Below the pieces are notes generated by a model. The model saw only the letters and a list, made by a program, of their open reading frames with translations. It searched no databases and was not told the origin of the DNA. A stretch of 29,267 bases of DNA from a virus (lineage: Duplodnaviria; Caudoviricetes): positions 1-29,267 of the IMG/VR virus record IMGVR_UViG_3300046817_000630. One strand, written 5' to 3'. Both the position numbers and the translations under genes were made by a program. Positions 1 through 8,946 of the stretch are shown here, piece after piece. Each line of letters starts with the position of its first letter. Position 1 is the stretch's first letter.

Positions 1-1
1 T

Positions 2-652
2 CAGCTTGAGCAAGCAATTGGTCGTGAAGCAGCTATTTATTCTGGCAATCGATTGAAGGAAACCATTGGGCAGTTGAGCCAAACCGATCATGACTATCTG
101 ACGAGCCGGCGGCTCTGGTTGGCTCAATATGGATCCAATGCTGTTGTCCCGGCTGGCTACTCGAAGTACTGGCTCTGGCAATACACTGGGGATGGGATTG
201 GTCCGGAACCCCATGAAGTTGCCGGCATAAAAGGAACTGGCATTGATCTCAACGTGGTATATGGTGATACCACGCAATCACAACTGGTGGCTGAGTGGCC
301 AGGAAAGGGAATTAGTCCTATGGTAGATGTTCCAGTAGTCCCAACAGTCCCCGCACAGATCCAGGACCCGATTCCACAGATCATTGCCTTCCTGGAGGGC
401 ATCAAGAAGTTCCTACCCTTCATATCTGGATTGCCATTCGTCCCACCAGCTGTATCGGTCGGGGCCAATGCGGCCATTCCAATCATCGAGGAGGTTTTGA
501 AACTCATTGAATCATTCAAAACCAAATCAGGTGTTGATCTCTTCCAGACCATTGGCCAGCACATCCAAACTATTGGCAGTCAGGTCCAAACAGCCACAAC
601 GAAGGTTGCTCAGGCACCACCAACCTCATCTGAGGGGATGCCCAACTCATGA
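2..652 (+). CDS. Endolysin, GH25-like muramidase, 5'-truncated, with amphipathic C-terminal extension
   Basis: Frame open from base 2 (QLEQAIGREAAIYSGNRLK...). LWLAQY...WLWQYT...IDLN motifs match the C-terminal half of GH25 lysozymes. A holin-like gene follows. Confidence 0.8.
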   Translation, partial: QLEQAIGREAAIYSGNRLKETIGQLSQTDHDYLTSRRLWLAQYGSNAVVPAGYSKYWLWQYTGDGIGPEPHEVAGIKGTGIDLNVVYGDTTQSQLVAEWPGKGISPMVDVPVVPTVPAQIQDPIPQIIAFLEGIKKFLPFISGLPFVPPAVSVGANAAIPIIEEVLKLIESFKTKSGVDLFQTIGQHIQTIGSQVQTATTKVAQAPPTSSEGMPNS

Positions 653-1026
653 ACACATCAAGCATCAACACCGAACAGATCAAAAGCCTCGTTCGCTCAT
701 TGGTCTCAACATTCGGCGGTGTCATTGCTGGCTTCTTTGTTGGCAAAGGATGGTTCACATCTGATCAGGTGATGAGTGTTATCACGAGCGAGACCTTTAT
801 TGGACTGGCTGCATCTGGAATTGTAGCTGGATGGGGATTCATCACGCACTCTGAAAAGAATGCGGTTGCGGTTGTCGCAGACATTGCGGCCAATCCAGCA
901 TCACCAGTCAAAGGTATTATTGTTGAACCAACCCCTGCAGGCCAGGCCTTGGCTATGGCCATCCCTGCGCAAACCATTGTCCCTGCTGGCACCTCTGCGG
1001 CCTCTGCGATGGCAAAGCCGGCGTGA
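649..1026 (+). CDS. Putative holin (2 TM segments)
   Basis: Hydrophobic segments LVSTFGGVIAGFFVG and FIGLAASGIVAGWGFI. ATGA overlap with the endolysin. Confidence 0.7.
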   Translation: MNTSSINTEQIKSLVRSLVSTFGGVIAGFFVGKGWFTSDQVMSVITSETFIGLAASGIVAGWGFITHSEKNAVAVVADIAANPASPVKGIIVEPTPAGQALAMAIPAQTIVPAGTSAASAMAKPA

Positions 1027-1032
1027 TGTGTC

Positions 1033-1407
1033 ATGAGTACATCAGGTGCGGCTAGTTGGAGCAACTATGTTCCAACTGGGATTCTACTGATCGCGATCAT
1101 TGGCGGGTTTTGGCAACTGGCTGATCCCAGGGCAGAGCTGAGGGATATCAAAACCAACTACCTATCCCTGCGCGAGCACGATGAATTCGTTCGACGTTTT
1201 ACTGCTGACATTGCCAGGATCGAACGCGAGAATCGCGAACAGGATTCACAATTGGTGACCAAGGGCCAATTCGATCTGCATGATAAGAATGATGAGAAGA
1301 CTTACCAACTGATGGTTAGTCGGCTAGCTGCTATGCAGGCCCAGATCGATCTATTGATGAACCGCTCGTTGATACAACCGCCACCAAATGCAACCAGATC
1401 AAACTAG
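1033..1407 (+). CDS. Membrane-anchored coiled-coil protein (lysis accessory?)
   Basis: N-terminal TM segment (GILLIAIIGGFW) followed by a charged helical region; lies in the lysis cassette. Confidence 0.6.
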   Translation: MSTSGAASWSNYVPTGILLIAIIGGFWQLADPRAELRDIKTNYLSLREHDEFVRRFTADIARIERENREQDSQLVTKGQFDLHDKNDEKTYQLMVSRLAAMQAQIDLLMNRSLIQPPPNATRSN

Positions 1408-1418
1408 GGAGAACAGTC

Positions 1419-1589
1419 ATGTCGATAGGATTTATTTTTTGGTTGATCATGCTACTCTGCATCCTTTCATGGATGGGCGTTCGATGGGGTATGGTCACAG
1501 GACCATTCATTTATATGAACGAGTTTCTAATCTTCATTCTATTGTTTCTGCTCGGCTGGCACGCCTTCGGGTTCATCGTCCACGCCTGA
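1419..1589 (+). CDS. Small 56-aa two-TM membrane protein (not in ORF track)
   Basis: GGGAGA RBS, then MSIGFIFWLIMLLCILSWMGVRWGMVTGPFIYMNEFLIFILLFLLGWHAFGFIVHA*. Its stop abuts the stop of the convergent gene at 1590. Confidence 0.75.
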   Translation: MSIGFIFWLIMLLCILSWMGVRWGMVTGPFIYMNEFLIFILLFLLGWHAFGFIVHA

Positions 1590-2819
1590 TTATTCGAGCC
1601 CGTGCTCACTGCGGGGTCTAGGCCGATATGTATCGGCGGTTGGATCATGGTCCAGGATATTGGATCTGATCGCGGTCTCTAGAACGCGTTGGATTTTGTC
1701 ACTTGGGACTTTGGTTTGGAGGAAGTTCCAGAGCCTAGCAGAGTGTATGTTCTGCTTGTTGCTCTTGATCCAGAGATTCCAAACAAACATATGCAGTTCT
1801 TGAATGATCTGCGAATCTGAGCGTTGGACCATTTCCTTGAAGATGTCTGGCATTGTTTGCTCTGCTTGGATGAGCCAATTCAATGCTCGATGGAAGTCCC
1901 CTAACGTGATATAAAGAGAATGACCGCCACTAGCAGCAGAAACAATACAGAGACGGAGAAGGTGAAGAATCCGGCGGCTGTTATAAGATTCGAGCCTCGA
2001 ATGTTCGGGCTCGGGCGGGAAGCCGGAGTCGGCCCAGGCCTGAACCGCGAACATTGCATCAGGTTGCCAATCAGCTTCGCCAAACGCATTGAGCAGGGAT
2101 TTGAGACCATCCAACAGGACTCCAAATTGGGTTTGGTTAGCTGTTACCTTATCAAAAAGTCTGATGTTAAATTTTTCCCCAGAATAAACCATGATCATAC
2201 GTGTCATGAAGCCCATTCCCCAAGCTTCCTCAGGTAGTAATGAGGCTAGATAAGCTGGCTGGGTTCCTGCGAGGATATTAATTTGAGGATTGATAGCATC
2301 AATTTTTCTATTTCCAGTTCGTCGGGATTCGCGGTAGTTGCTATCGTTATCGTAGATCGCGTTGAGGAAATTGAGGAACTCCAGGTCGTGTGCGGGAACG
2401 AGAACTCCAAACTCAGATGCGGCAATTTGAAGTGAATGGTATTCAATGAGCGTTCCATTTGGAGGAACAATACATCTCTTGGCCGCGTGGAGTTCATCGG
2501 CCAGGCTCGCTTTTGTGACAGAGTGGCTGGCTACGTGGAGATCCTTGGTCGCGTACCAGAGCGCGTTGACATGGCGGATCGCCTGGCTTTTGCCAGTCCC
2601 AGGCTTGCCAACCAACAGTGTATACAGGGTTGGAAACACCTGAGTCCCAGCACTCACGATGTAGACACGTCTTTCGAGTGCGCCCGCAACGCATGTTATC
2701 GCGCTCCACAAACGGAAGATTTCGGGGCTAGGTATGCCAGATGTGTAATCGAGAAAGTCATTGATCCAATCCTTATGAGCCAGCTGTAGCTTGGGAATGA
2801 TCTTCTCGATGACGGCCAT
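1590..2819 (-). CDS. DUF3987-like P-loop NTPase, putative replicative helicase
   Basis: Walker A GKPGTGKS, degenerate Walker B (QIAASEF), NILAGTQP and GFMTRM motifs. Directly downstream of the DNA polymerase. Confidence 0.7.
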   Translation of the reverse strand: MAVIEKIIPKLQLAHKDWINDFLDYTSGIPSPEIFRLWSAITCVAGALERRVYIVSAGTQVFPTLYTLLVGKPGTGKSQAIRHVNALWYATKDLHVASHSVTKASLADELHAAKRCIVPPNGTLIEYHSLQIAASEFGVLVPAHDLEFLNFLNAIYDNDSNYRESRRTGNRKIDAINPQINILAGTQPAYLASLLPEEAWGMGFMTRMIMVYSGEKFNIRLFDKVTANQTQFGVLLDGLKSLLNAFGEADWQPDAMFAVQAWADSGFPPEPEHSRLESYNSRRILHLLRLCIVSAASGGHSLYITLGDFHRALNWLIQAEQTMPDIFKEMVQRSDSQIIQELHMFVWNLWIKSNKQNIHSARLWNFLQTKVPSDKIQRVLETAIRSNILDHDPTADTYRPRPRSEHGLE

Positions 2820-4320
2820 CAACCTGCCCTCCCCATTTCACCAGCCCCATCGGGTTACCATCGGCATAGAGCTTGTGCGCTGGGTCTGCGTTGGCCCAGT
2901 TGTAGCCAATCTTGCATTCGGAAGGGATGGTTATGGTGCGGTTGTTGGCAGTGATGGGTATTCTGGTGAGGGCGAGGACATTGGTTAGGATATCTGATTC
3001 GGTGGTTGGATTGTCTGGGTACTGGAACACAATCGCGTCATGGACCTGGCCCAGGATCTGTACTCTAGGCTCATGTTTCCAGACACGCCAGAGGGCGCAG
3101 TTCAGAATGTCACCGACTACTGATTGGGGTTCGAAGGCGATGGCTTCGCGTAGGGTGGCATCATCTCCTGGCCGACCGTAGAAGATGCGCTTGCGGCCAA
3201 GGATAGTGGTCAGGGATTGATGCAGCAATAGCTCCCGGCCGACCCAGGCCTGCCAGTGCCTGATCCCTGGAAAGGCCCCACCTGGGGTGCCGATCGGGCC
3301 ACAATAACTGGCCTGGAACTGGGCCATAACCCGCTCCTCGACCTTCAGATGCCGGGCCATAGTTCGTGGAGTACCGAAATAATTAGTGCCGTGCCCGCCA
3401 CGCTTAGACATATCGCGATAAGAAAAGCCACGGTAGAAGAGCACATCAGCAAGGACTCGATCGGCTTTGGGTTCGCCGGTCCAGCCAAGTCCTGGCCAAA
3501 CGAGTCTGGCTGTGGTTGTGTGGAGGTCGCCGGATTCGCAAGCATCAAGGTAAGTGGGGTCGTTCGCCACACGCCAGACCAAGAGTCCCACGACTCTAGA
3601 CTCTGCTTGTTCCAAGTCCAGGTAACATAATTTCCATGCAGGGTCGGCCACAAACATTCGACGCAGCTCTGGGGTGATGTTTTGTAAGTTTGTCCCGCTA
3701 CCATCAGCACTACTTGAGGAGGACCAGCGTCCCGTCTCTGTACCTGCAATGTTATAACTGGTTCGCATTCGGCCATCATTTGATATCTCCGTTTCAAAAA
3801 CAGACAGTTTCTTTGAAGTCTCCCGAATGGCCAAGATTGTATTGATGATTGGACGGGCATAGAAATAGTCGTAGAGTTTTTCCAATGCTTCGCGATTGGT
3901 CGAGATGGTCCGAACGCCTTTGTCGCTTTTGTATTGGACTGGCAATCGCATTCGATCATAGAAGAATTCTTTCATTTGTTTGGGACTGTTGGCATTCAAG
4001 TCCCGGTCCCAAAATGCCTGCCCGAATGCATTGAGGATCTCAATCAACACCTGCTTGCGCTTGGATAATAGGGTCTTGCCGTTGGCCCGCTCGATTGGAT
4101 CAATGAGCCAACCGCGTTCCATTAGCTCCAATGCTGGCGCTTGCATCCCACGTTCAAATGAATAGATGAGCGCGTTCGATTGATCATTCTTCTGCTGCAG
4201 CTGCCTTTCGAGCGTTTCAAATATCTCAAACGTGAGACAACAATCCAATCCATTGTAAACCTGATGCTGCGTGTGCGCATCGAGGTTGGGCGAGAGGGTT
4301 GAGGTTTGGATCCTGCTCAT
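2773..4320 (-). CDS. Family A DNA polymerase, polymerase subunit (starts with the ExoIII motif)
   Basis: TETGRWSS, NLQNI, motif A DLEQAESR, motif B KRGGHGTNY, motif C VHDAI; N-terminal YNGLD. ATGA overlap with the upstream gene. Confidence 0.93.
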   Translation of the reverse strand: MSRIQTSTLSPNLDAHTQHQVYNGLDCCLTFEIFETLERQLQQKNDQSNALIYSFERGMQAPALELMERGWLIDPIERANGKTLLSKRKQVLIEILNAFGQAFWDRDLNANSPKQMKEFFYDRMRLPVQYKSDKGVRTISTNREALEKLYDYFYARPIINTILAIRETSKKLSVFETEISNDGRMRTSYNIAGTETGRWSSSSSADGSGTNLQNITPELRRMFVADPAWKLCYLDLEQAESRVVGLLVWRVANDPTYLDACESGDLHTTTARLVWPGLGWTGEPKADRVLADVLFYRGFSYRDMSKRGGHGTNYFGTPRTMARHLKVEERVMAQFQASYCGPIGTPGGAFPGIRHWQAWVGRELLLHQSLTTILGRKRIFYGRPGDDATLREAIAFEPQSVVGDILNCALWRVWKHEPRVQILGQVHDAIVFQYPDNPTTESDILTNVLALTRIPITANNRTITIPSECKIGYNWANADPAHKLYADGNPMGLVKWGGQVDGRHREDHSQATAGS

Positions 4321-4928
4321 CCCCATTGCTCCGCAATGGCATTGGCAATTCCCTTGAAAGTGAGTGATCTCTTGAAGGACCGAAGTGGTCCGGGCCCCAT
4401 CCGGAATATTGCCTGTTCTGGGTACTTGTTATGATGCGTGGGAACCAGCCTTGGCAAACCCTTCAACCACAAGCAGGTTGATTTGCTCTCAGGTTCCCCG
4501 AACATCCACGGGTGAATGATCTGGGTAGGCCCTCTTCCAACCAACTGCCTCCCATGCCCGTGCATGATCGGGTTTTCTATTGCAATCCTTTCTATCGGTG
4601 CATTCAACAAAGTTGCAAAGAATCCCGCTGCGTTTTTCATGGCCTCCCAGCGAATCGGGTTCCTTTTGTATCCGGTCTCGTATAGCCACCTGACCCCACT
4701 GTTACACAAGAATGTACACTCCGGATGAGCTATCATCATATCCCATCTGTTGCCGATGACATTCCTGCAATCATCTTTTATGTGAAACTCAGGAAATTGC
4801 TGGCACTCTGCATAGGGCTTTGGAATATCTTCCAAGCCCAGGATGTCGCAGGACCAAGCATTGTGGCCCTTGCGCCTGAATGCGTCCCGGACGCGCCCGG
4901 ATATTTCACACGCGATCAGGATGTTCAT
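4317..4928 (-). CDS. Short phage DNA cytosine-5 methyltransferase-like protein
   Basis: ILIACEISG SAM-binding start, AWSCD, catalytic-loop AHPECT, IENP motif. Confidence 0.72.
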   Translation of the reverse strand: MNILIACEISGRVRDAFRRKGHNAWSCDILGLEDIPKPYAECQQFPEFHIKDDCRNVIGNRWDMMIAHPECTFLCNSGVRWLYETGYKRNPIRWEAMKNAAGFFATLLNAPIERIAIENPIMHGHGRQLVGRGPTQIIHPWMFGEPESKSTCLWLKGLPRLVPTHHNKYPEQAIFRMGPGPLRSFKRSLTFKGIANAIAEQWG

Positions 4929-5974
4929 TCATCATCACTCTTCAATTGATCACTGCTGCGCGAGCGCATGATCTTCCATGCAGGTTCATTCGTATAAATC
5001 GAGCCCATAAATCCAAGCCCCTTCAAAAGCTCCGGGTGCATTGCATGATGTAACAACATAGTATCGTGGAGTGAATTGATAACTGAGAGTCCGGCCCTCC
5101 GAATGTATTGTAAATCGTACAGTCCGTTCTGAAATATCTTGGGGTTTGGCAACATCAATAATCGTTGGACCCATCGCCATGCCTCGACCTCTTCGATTGC
5201 GGAGCGCCAGAAACTCTTATCGCCCATTCGATGATCGACAAATGGTATGACAAGAGCAAGCGCGCGCGAAATTCCAAAGCCGATGCATGTAATTTGGCCT
5301 CTAGATGTTTCAATATCGATAGCAATTGCTTTTGAGTTTTTGGCTTGAGCGTGGAAGGCGGCAATAGTTTCGAAGTTGGGATTGATGATGATTTCCCTCT
5401 GGGGACGATTGATTTGCGCATGTTCGCTCTCGATTTTGGCCTTCATCAGGTCTGCAATGACCACTGGCCGGAGATCCCACTGGCGAAAAATCGCGGCGGG
5501 ATGATACGTAGGGAGTATTTTCCCATACGGACTGGCGACTATGGTTCCTCTGATCTTACTGATGTTGGTTTGTCTGAGAACTGCCCAGCAGGCTGTGTTT
5601 CCGAGTGCGACGATGAGGTTGGGGTGAACAGATTGTAGCTCACCTCTAAGCCGTTCCAACTCGGGACGAAAGTCGTCTCTAAGGAAACGACCCGGTGACA
5701 GTGCGGGCATTTCATTAATAATGTTGCCGTCATCTCTTGTGCCAAGGAAGTGCTCCAGTTTGTTATTGGGCGGGCGGGTCCAAAGCACATTGGTCTGATA
5801 ACACTGGCGTTTGTCGATCTCGGCAATCTTGCAGAGTTCATGCAGGAGTTGGCCAGATGAACCAACAAAGGGAATGCCAGCTATCTCTTCACTCTCGCCT
5901 GGGGCCTCGCCCAACAATACTATCTTGGCATCCTTGGGCCCGTACGAAGTGATACAAGGTTTGAATAAGGTCAA
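4925..5974 (-). CDS. Uracil-DNA glycosylase (family 4-like) fused to the N-terminal part of a DnaQ-like 3'-5' exonuclease; N-terminal subunit of the split PolA
   Basis: UDG motifs GEAPGESE, PFVG, TNV, TYHPAA; then ExoI AIDIETS, ExoII FQNGLYD and HDTMLL. Confidence 0.88.
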   Translation of the reverse strand: MTLFKPCITSYGPKDAKIVLLGEAPGESEEIAGIPFVGSSGQLLHELCKIAEIDKRQCYQTNVLWTRPPNNKLEHFLGTRDDGNIINEMPALSPGRFLRDDFRPELERLRGELQSVHPNLIVALGNTACWAVLRQTNISKIRGTIVASPYGKILPTYHPAAIFRQWDLRPVVIADLMKAKIESEHAQINRPQREIIINPNFETIAAFHAQAKNSKAIAIDIETSRGQITCIGFGISRALALVIPFVDHRMGDKSFWRSAIEEVEAWRWVQRLLMLPNPKIFQNGLYDLQYIRRAGLSVINSLHDTMLLHHAMHPELLKGLGFMGSIYTNEPAWKIMRSRSSDQLKSDDE

Positions 5975-6210
5975 TCCAATAACTCCAACGTGATATCTCT
6001 GAGAATCTCAGTTGCATCGGCTGTTGCGACTGCCAGATTGGATTTGGAAATAACATAGCTGCTGAGTCCAATGACATTATTGCCAGTAGCGTCCAGTTCA
6101 AAGACCGCGACTCGGATCTCACCGTCGTTGCGAGTGAGGATGATACGGCCAAGCTTTGGGATATTGAATGGGATTTGGGCTGTTGGCATTGTTTTCATTT
6201 GGGACTCCAA
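5971..6210 (-). CDS. Hypothetical protein
   Basis: Fills the operon; its stop overlaps the start of the UDG-exo gene. True start may be a few codons downstream. Confidence 0.6.
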   Translation of the reverse strand: MESQMKTMPTAQIPFNIPKLGRIILTRNDGEIRVAVFELDATGNNVIGLSSYVISKSNLAVATADATEILRDITLELLD

Positions 6211-6213
6211 TCA

Positions 6214-6282
6214 ACAGGAGCGGATCGGGGACTTGGATGACCCGCTCCTGTCTTTCATCAGGGACGCATTACTGGCCCTGAT
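6214..6282 (-). terminator. Two tandem stem-loops after the SSB-like gene (terminator or processing site)
   Basis: ACAGGAGCGG(6214-23)/CCGCTCCTGT(6242-51) and ATCAGGG(6257-63)/CCCTGAT(6276-82). No clear U-tract. Confidence 0.45.
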
Positions 6283-6728
6283 TATCCTGCCGTGACATGT
6301 TCGACGCGATTGAAAAATTGACTGCCATCCTCAGAGGCTTTCATAGATACAGTAAGCAATACTGGAAGTCCCCTGGTCTCTGGGATTGCCTCGTTCATCG
6401 ATCGCCCCTTGGTCGGAATCTGCAGCACCTCAATGAACTCCTTGAGGCGAAAGATCGAGTCCTGGGTCAGATAAAACTGGGTATTGGGTTTCCACTTGGA
6501 CAAATCAATGGGAGTCCCATCGGTGTCTTTCAGTTGCTCGGGATCAATGTCATCACCTGGTTGAACCCCAGTGAACTGAAATTCAACGAATGGGGTGCCC
6601 TTTTTGGCTGATCTGCCAAATTTGTGCTCCGCAATTGTGGCATGATACGTGCCCGCTGGCTTGACCGGGGGCCGTTTGATCTGATCCATGGGCTGCGACA
6701 AGAGATTTGAAAAGTCCACTTGTGCCAT
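6282..6728 (-). CDS. DUF669-like ssDNA-binding protein (in-frame HTH extension possible to 6920)
   Basis: AAAGGAG RBS before MAQVDF. PAGTYHATI...FYLT...FRLKEF...FFNRV pattern is typical of phage DUF669/OB-fold proteins found next to Sak4-like ATPases. Confidence 0.65.
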   Translation of the reverse strand: MAQVDFSNLLSQPMDQIKRPPVKPAGTYHATIAEHKFGRSAKKGTPFVEFQFTGVQPGDDIDPEQLKDTDGTPIDLSKWKPNTQFYLTQDSIFRLKEFIEVLQIPTKGRSMNEAIPETRGLPVLLTVSMKASEDGSQFFNRVEHVTAG

Positions 6729-6903
6729 TGCTAACTCCTTTGATGTTTGTTCGATTAGGGTGATTCTCAGTTGTCTCTTCGTTGTATGATGCTTGCGAAG
6801 CGTATATGATACTGTGTGCGGGTTTACTCCTATCTGACGGTGGATGAGTTTTGCACTGAGACCCAGTGCGGTGAGCTGAAGGATGGATTGTTCGGTTTCG
6901 ATT

Positions 6904-7764
6904 TTAAGTGGGGTTGCCATTGGATGGTGCTCCGCGCACGGCCACAAAATACTCTGCCAATCCAGTCTCGATCCCGTACTTGGGCTTCACAACTGCTGGC
7001 GAACTATTCTTCAAACCCACGTTCTCGTGCGGGACCGTTCGTATAATTCTACGAGTCCCAGCGCCAGTCCCCTCGATATCGACAAGGAGCACTGAATTAA
7101 AGTACCGTCCGATAACTGGAGAGAGAGCTTTACCGGCTCCAGTTTCTGCATAGCCTTTTCGACTGCCCTCCTCTTCGACCGTGATCGGCCGCCCTTTCGA
7201 ATCAACCTCTTGGTGCGTTTTGGCGACCTCTCGAACATGGGATATGCAGATGACATTGGCTTTCACCATATCTGAATAGAGGGAGGCACATAGCTTTTCT
7301 AATAGCTGCTGGGCCGCAAAATAATCGCTCCAACCAGGAATATCCCCGACACGACCATTGAGATTAAGAATAAATCGAAGAGCAGCTTTTCCAGCAAAAG
7401 TAAGAGAGTCGATGACCAGGATGTCTTGGGTGGTCCAGGTTTCGATTTTTCCAATTCCATCGGGCCAGTCTCCAAGGATCTTGATGGCACGGGTCCAGGC
7501 AGTTGCGGTTGGAACAATGTTGATACCTGATATTCGTGAGCCATCGGTGCAGGTTTGGAAGTTGACTTTTTCCAACAACTCGGGTTTGTTTTTGGCTTTG
7601 AGAACATTGGCCAAGATATCCAGCCCATTGTCGAAGTCCAGGATTCTGAGATTGTATCCAGCCTCTACCAATGAGGCCAAGGCACCAGACTTGCCTACCC
7701 CGCTATCGCCCAACAAGAGCATCTTTGTTGTGACATTTGAACTGTGATCGGAGAGCGCGGGCAT
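6904..7764 (-). CDS. AAA_24/Sak4-like RecA-fold ATPase
   Basis: Walker A GDSGVGKS, ILDFDNG, Walker B LVIDSLT, ICISH. Confidence 0.8.
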   Translation of the reverse strand: MPALSDHSSNVTTKMLLLGDSGVGKSGALASLVEAGYNLRILDFDNGLDILANVLKAKNKPELLEKVNFQTCTDGSRISGINIVPTATAWTRAIKILGDWPDGIGKIETWTTQDILVIDSLTFAGKAALRFILNLNGRVGDIPGWSDYFAAQQLLEKLCASLYSDMVKANVICISHVREVAKTHQEVDSKGRPITVEEEGSRKGYAETGAGKALSPVIGRYFNSVLLVDIEGTGAGTRRIIRTVPHENVGLKNSSPAVVKPKYGIETGLAEYFVAVRGAPSNGNPT

Positions 7765-7765
7765 T

Positions 7766-8704
7766 TCAAACATCACCTCTTGCCACTAATGGATCCCACG
7801 TTCTTTTTTGGAACTGGGTCTCGTCGTTGAGGAAGGCTTCCCTGACTTCAGGACTGCGGGCGCAAACGGCTCTAAACTTGCAACCCCCATAGTTAAAACA
7901 AGCCGTCGTGTTCTGGGGCCAATAATTATCTTCCGCGTATTGTTCGGCTCTTTCAAGATAGGAACTAATATCTCTAATAAACTCGTCAAGCTGAGATTGT
8001 GTGCGCGAGATCGGCTGCCGTTGAAATCGACTAGAACCAACGAGTATTTGAGCGGCATCGAGGATGACTCCTTGGACGGGTGTTTCGCCGATGATTTTGC
8101 CAGCCAATGTGTACCAGGACATCTGGTTGTCGGGGCTGTATTGTTCGAAGTATCTGGAATTGAGTTCGTGTTTGGTGGTTTTGCGATCAATGACCCAGAC
8201 CCCACCACCTATTTCTCCGAGTCGATCCAGATGCCCGCACGCGATAGCGGCTTCGCCAGTCCCAAACCGATGAGGAAACTCATACCTGAAAGATAGCTCG
8301 ACAGCAGGGCGGCCATTGGCGAGTTGAATAGTGCGAATGGGATCGTCAGCAAAATGATCAAGATACCAAACGATAGTCCTAACCAGAGTGAAGCGATTTT
8401 TGTATTGATCGCCGGAGTTCCAAGGTCTTTGGAGTTTCTGATCCCAGGTCTTCGTAAGCGTATGCCAAACTGCGGCCCGTACCGCGTAATCGTGAGTGAG
8501 TCCTTCGGATCGTCGGTGATCGTATATCTCTAGGGCTTCATGGTAGGCAATCCCGAATGTAAGATGGAATGATCTCTGCTTGGGCTCATACCCACGAACG
8601 ATGCTATATTCATACATGCGTGGGCAGGTCTTGAGCGCAGTTAGAGACGTACTGTCCCAGGCATATTGTAGGGTTGGCAGTTTGGATGAAAAGGATGTGT
8701 TCAT
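7766..8704 (-). CDS. PD-(D/E)XK exonuclease, Cas4/AddB-like with Fe-S cysteine staple
   Basis: N-terminal CPR, GIAYHEALE, GHLDRL, VIDRKT, QMSWY, C-terminal CFNYGGCKFRAVC. Confidence 0.85.
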   Translation of the reverse strand: MNTSFSSKLPTLQYAWDSTSLTALKTCPRMYEYSIVRGYEPKQRSFHLTFGIAYHEALEIYDHRRSEGLTHDYAVRAAVWHTLTKTWDQKLQRPWNSGDQYKNRFTLVRTIVWYLDHFADDPIRTIQLANGRPAVELSFRYEFPHRFGTGEAAIACGHLDRLGEIGGGVWVIDRKTTKHELNSRYFEQYSPDNQMSWYTLAGKIIGETPVQGVILDAAQILVGSSRFQRQPISRTQSQLDEFIRDISSYLERAEQYAEDNYWPQNTTACFNYGGCKFRAVCARSPEVREAFLNDETQFQKRTWDPLVARGDV

Positions 8705-8946
8705 AGAACATCATCCAAGTTCAGATCATCGAGACTCAAATTTGGACTAGCTTTTTTGCCATTCGTTGGCTTGGACTTGGCAACTTTTTGTTCTTGGCCC
8801 CAACGAAGGCGTTCGGCACGAAACGCATTGACAATCTGCACACATCTTGGATCATCCGGGCCCGACCAGATGGATGGGTCCTGATTGAATAACTCTTCGA
8901 GACTATTCGGTTGGACCTGGCTGAGTGGGGATTCTGGCTCTGACAT
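8701..8946 (-). CDS. Hypothetical protein with acidic C-terminal tail
   Basis: ATGA-coupled to the nuclease; ends LSLDDLNLDDVL. Confidence 0.65.
   Translation of the reverse strand: MSEPESPLSQVQPNSLEELFNQDPSIWSGPDDPRCVQIVNAFRAERLRWGQEQKVAKSKPTNGKKASPNLSLDDLNLDDVL

Noticed and set aside
4317-4928. Intron, intein or homing endonuclease interrupting the polymerase
   Set aside because: The insert has MTase motifs, no HNH/LAGLIDADG/GIY-YIG motifs, no flanking non-coding RNA, and clean ATGA couplings.
7766-8704. Cas4-like nuclease as a sign of CRISPR-Cas
   Set aside because: No repeat-spacer array or other cas genes; the Sak4/SSB context indicates a phage recombination module.
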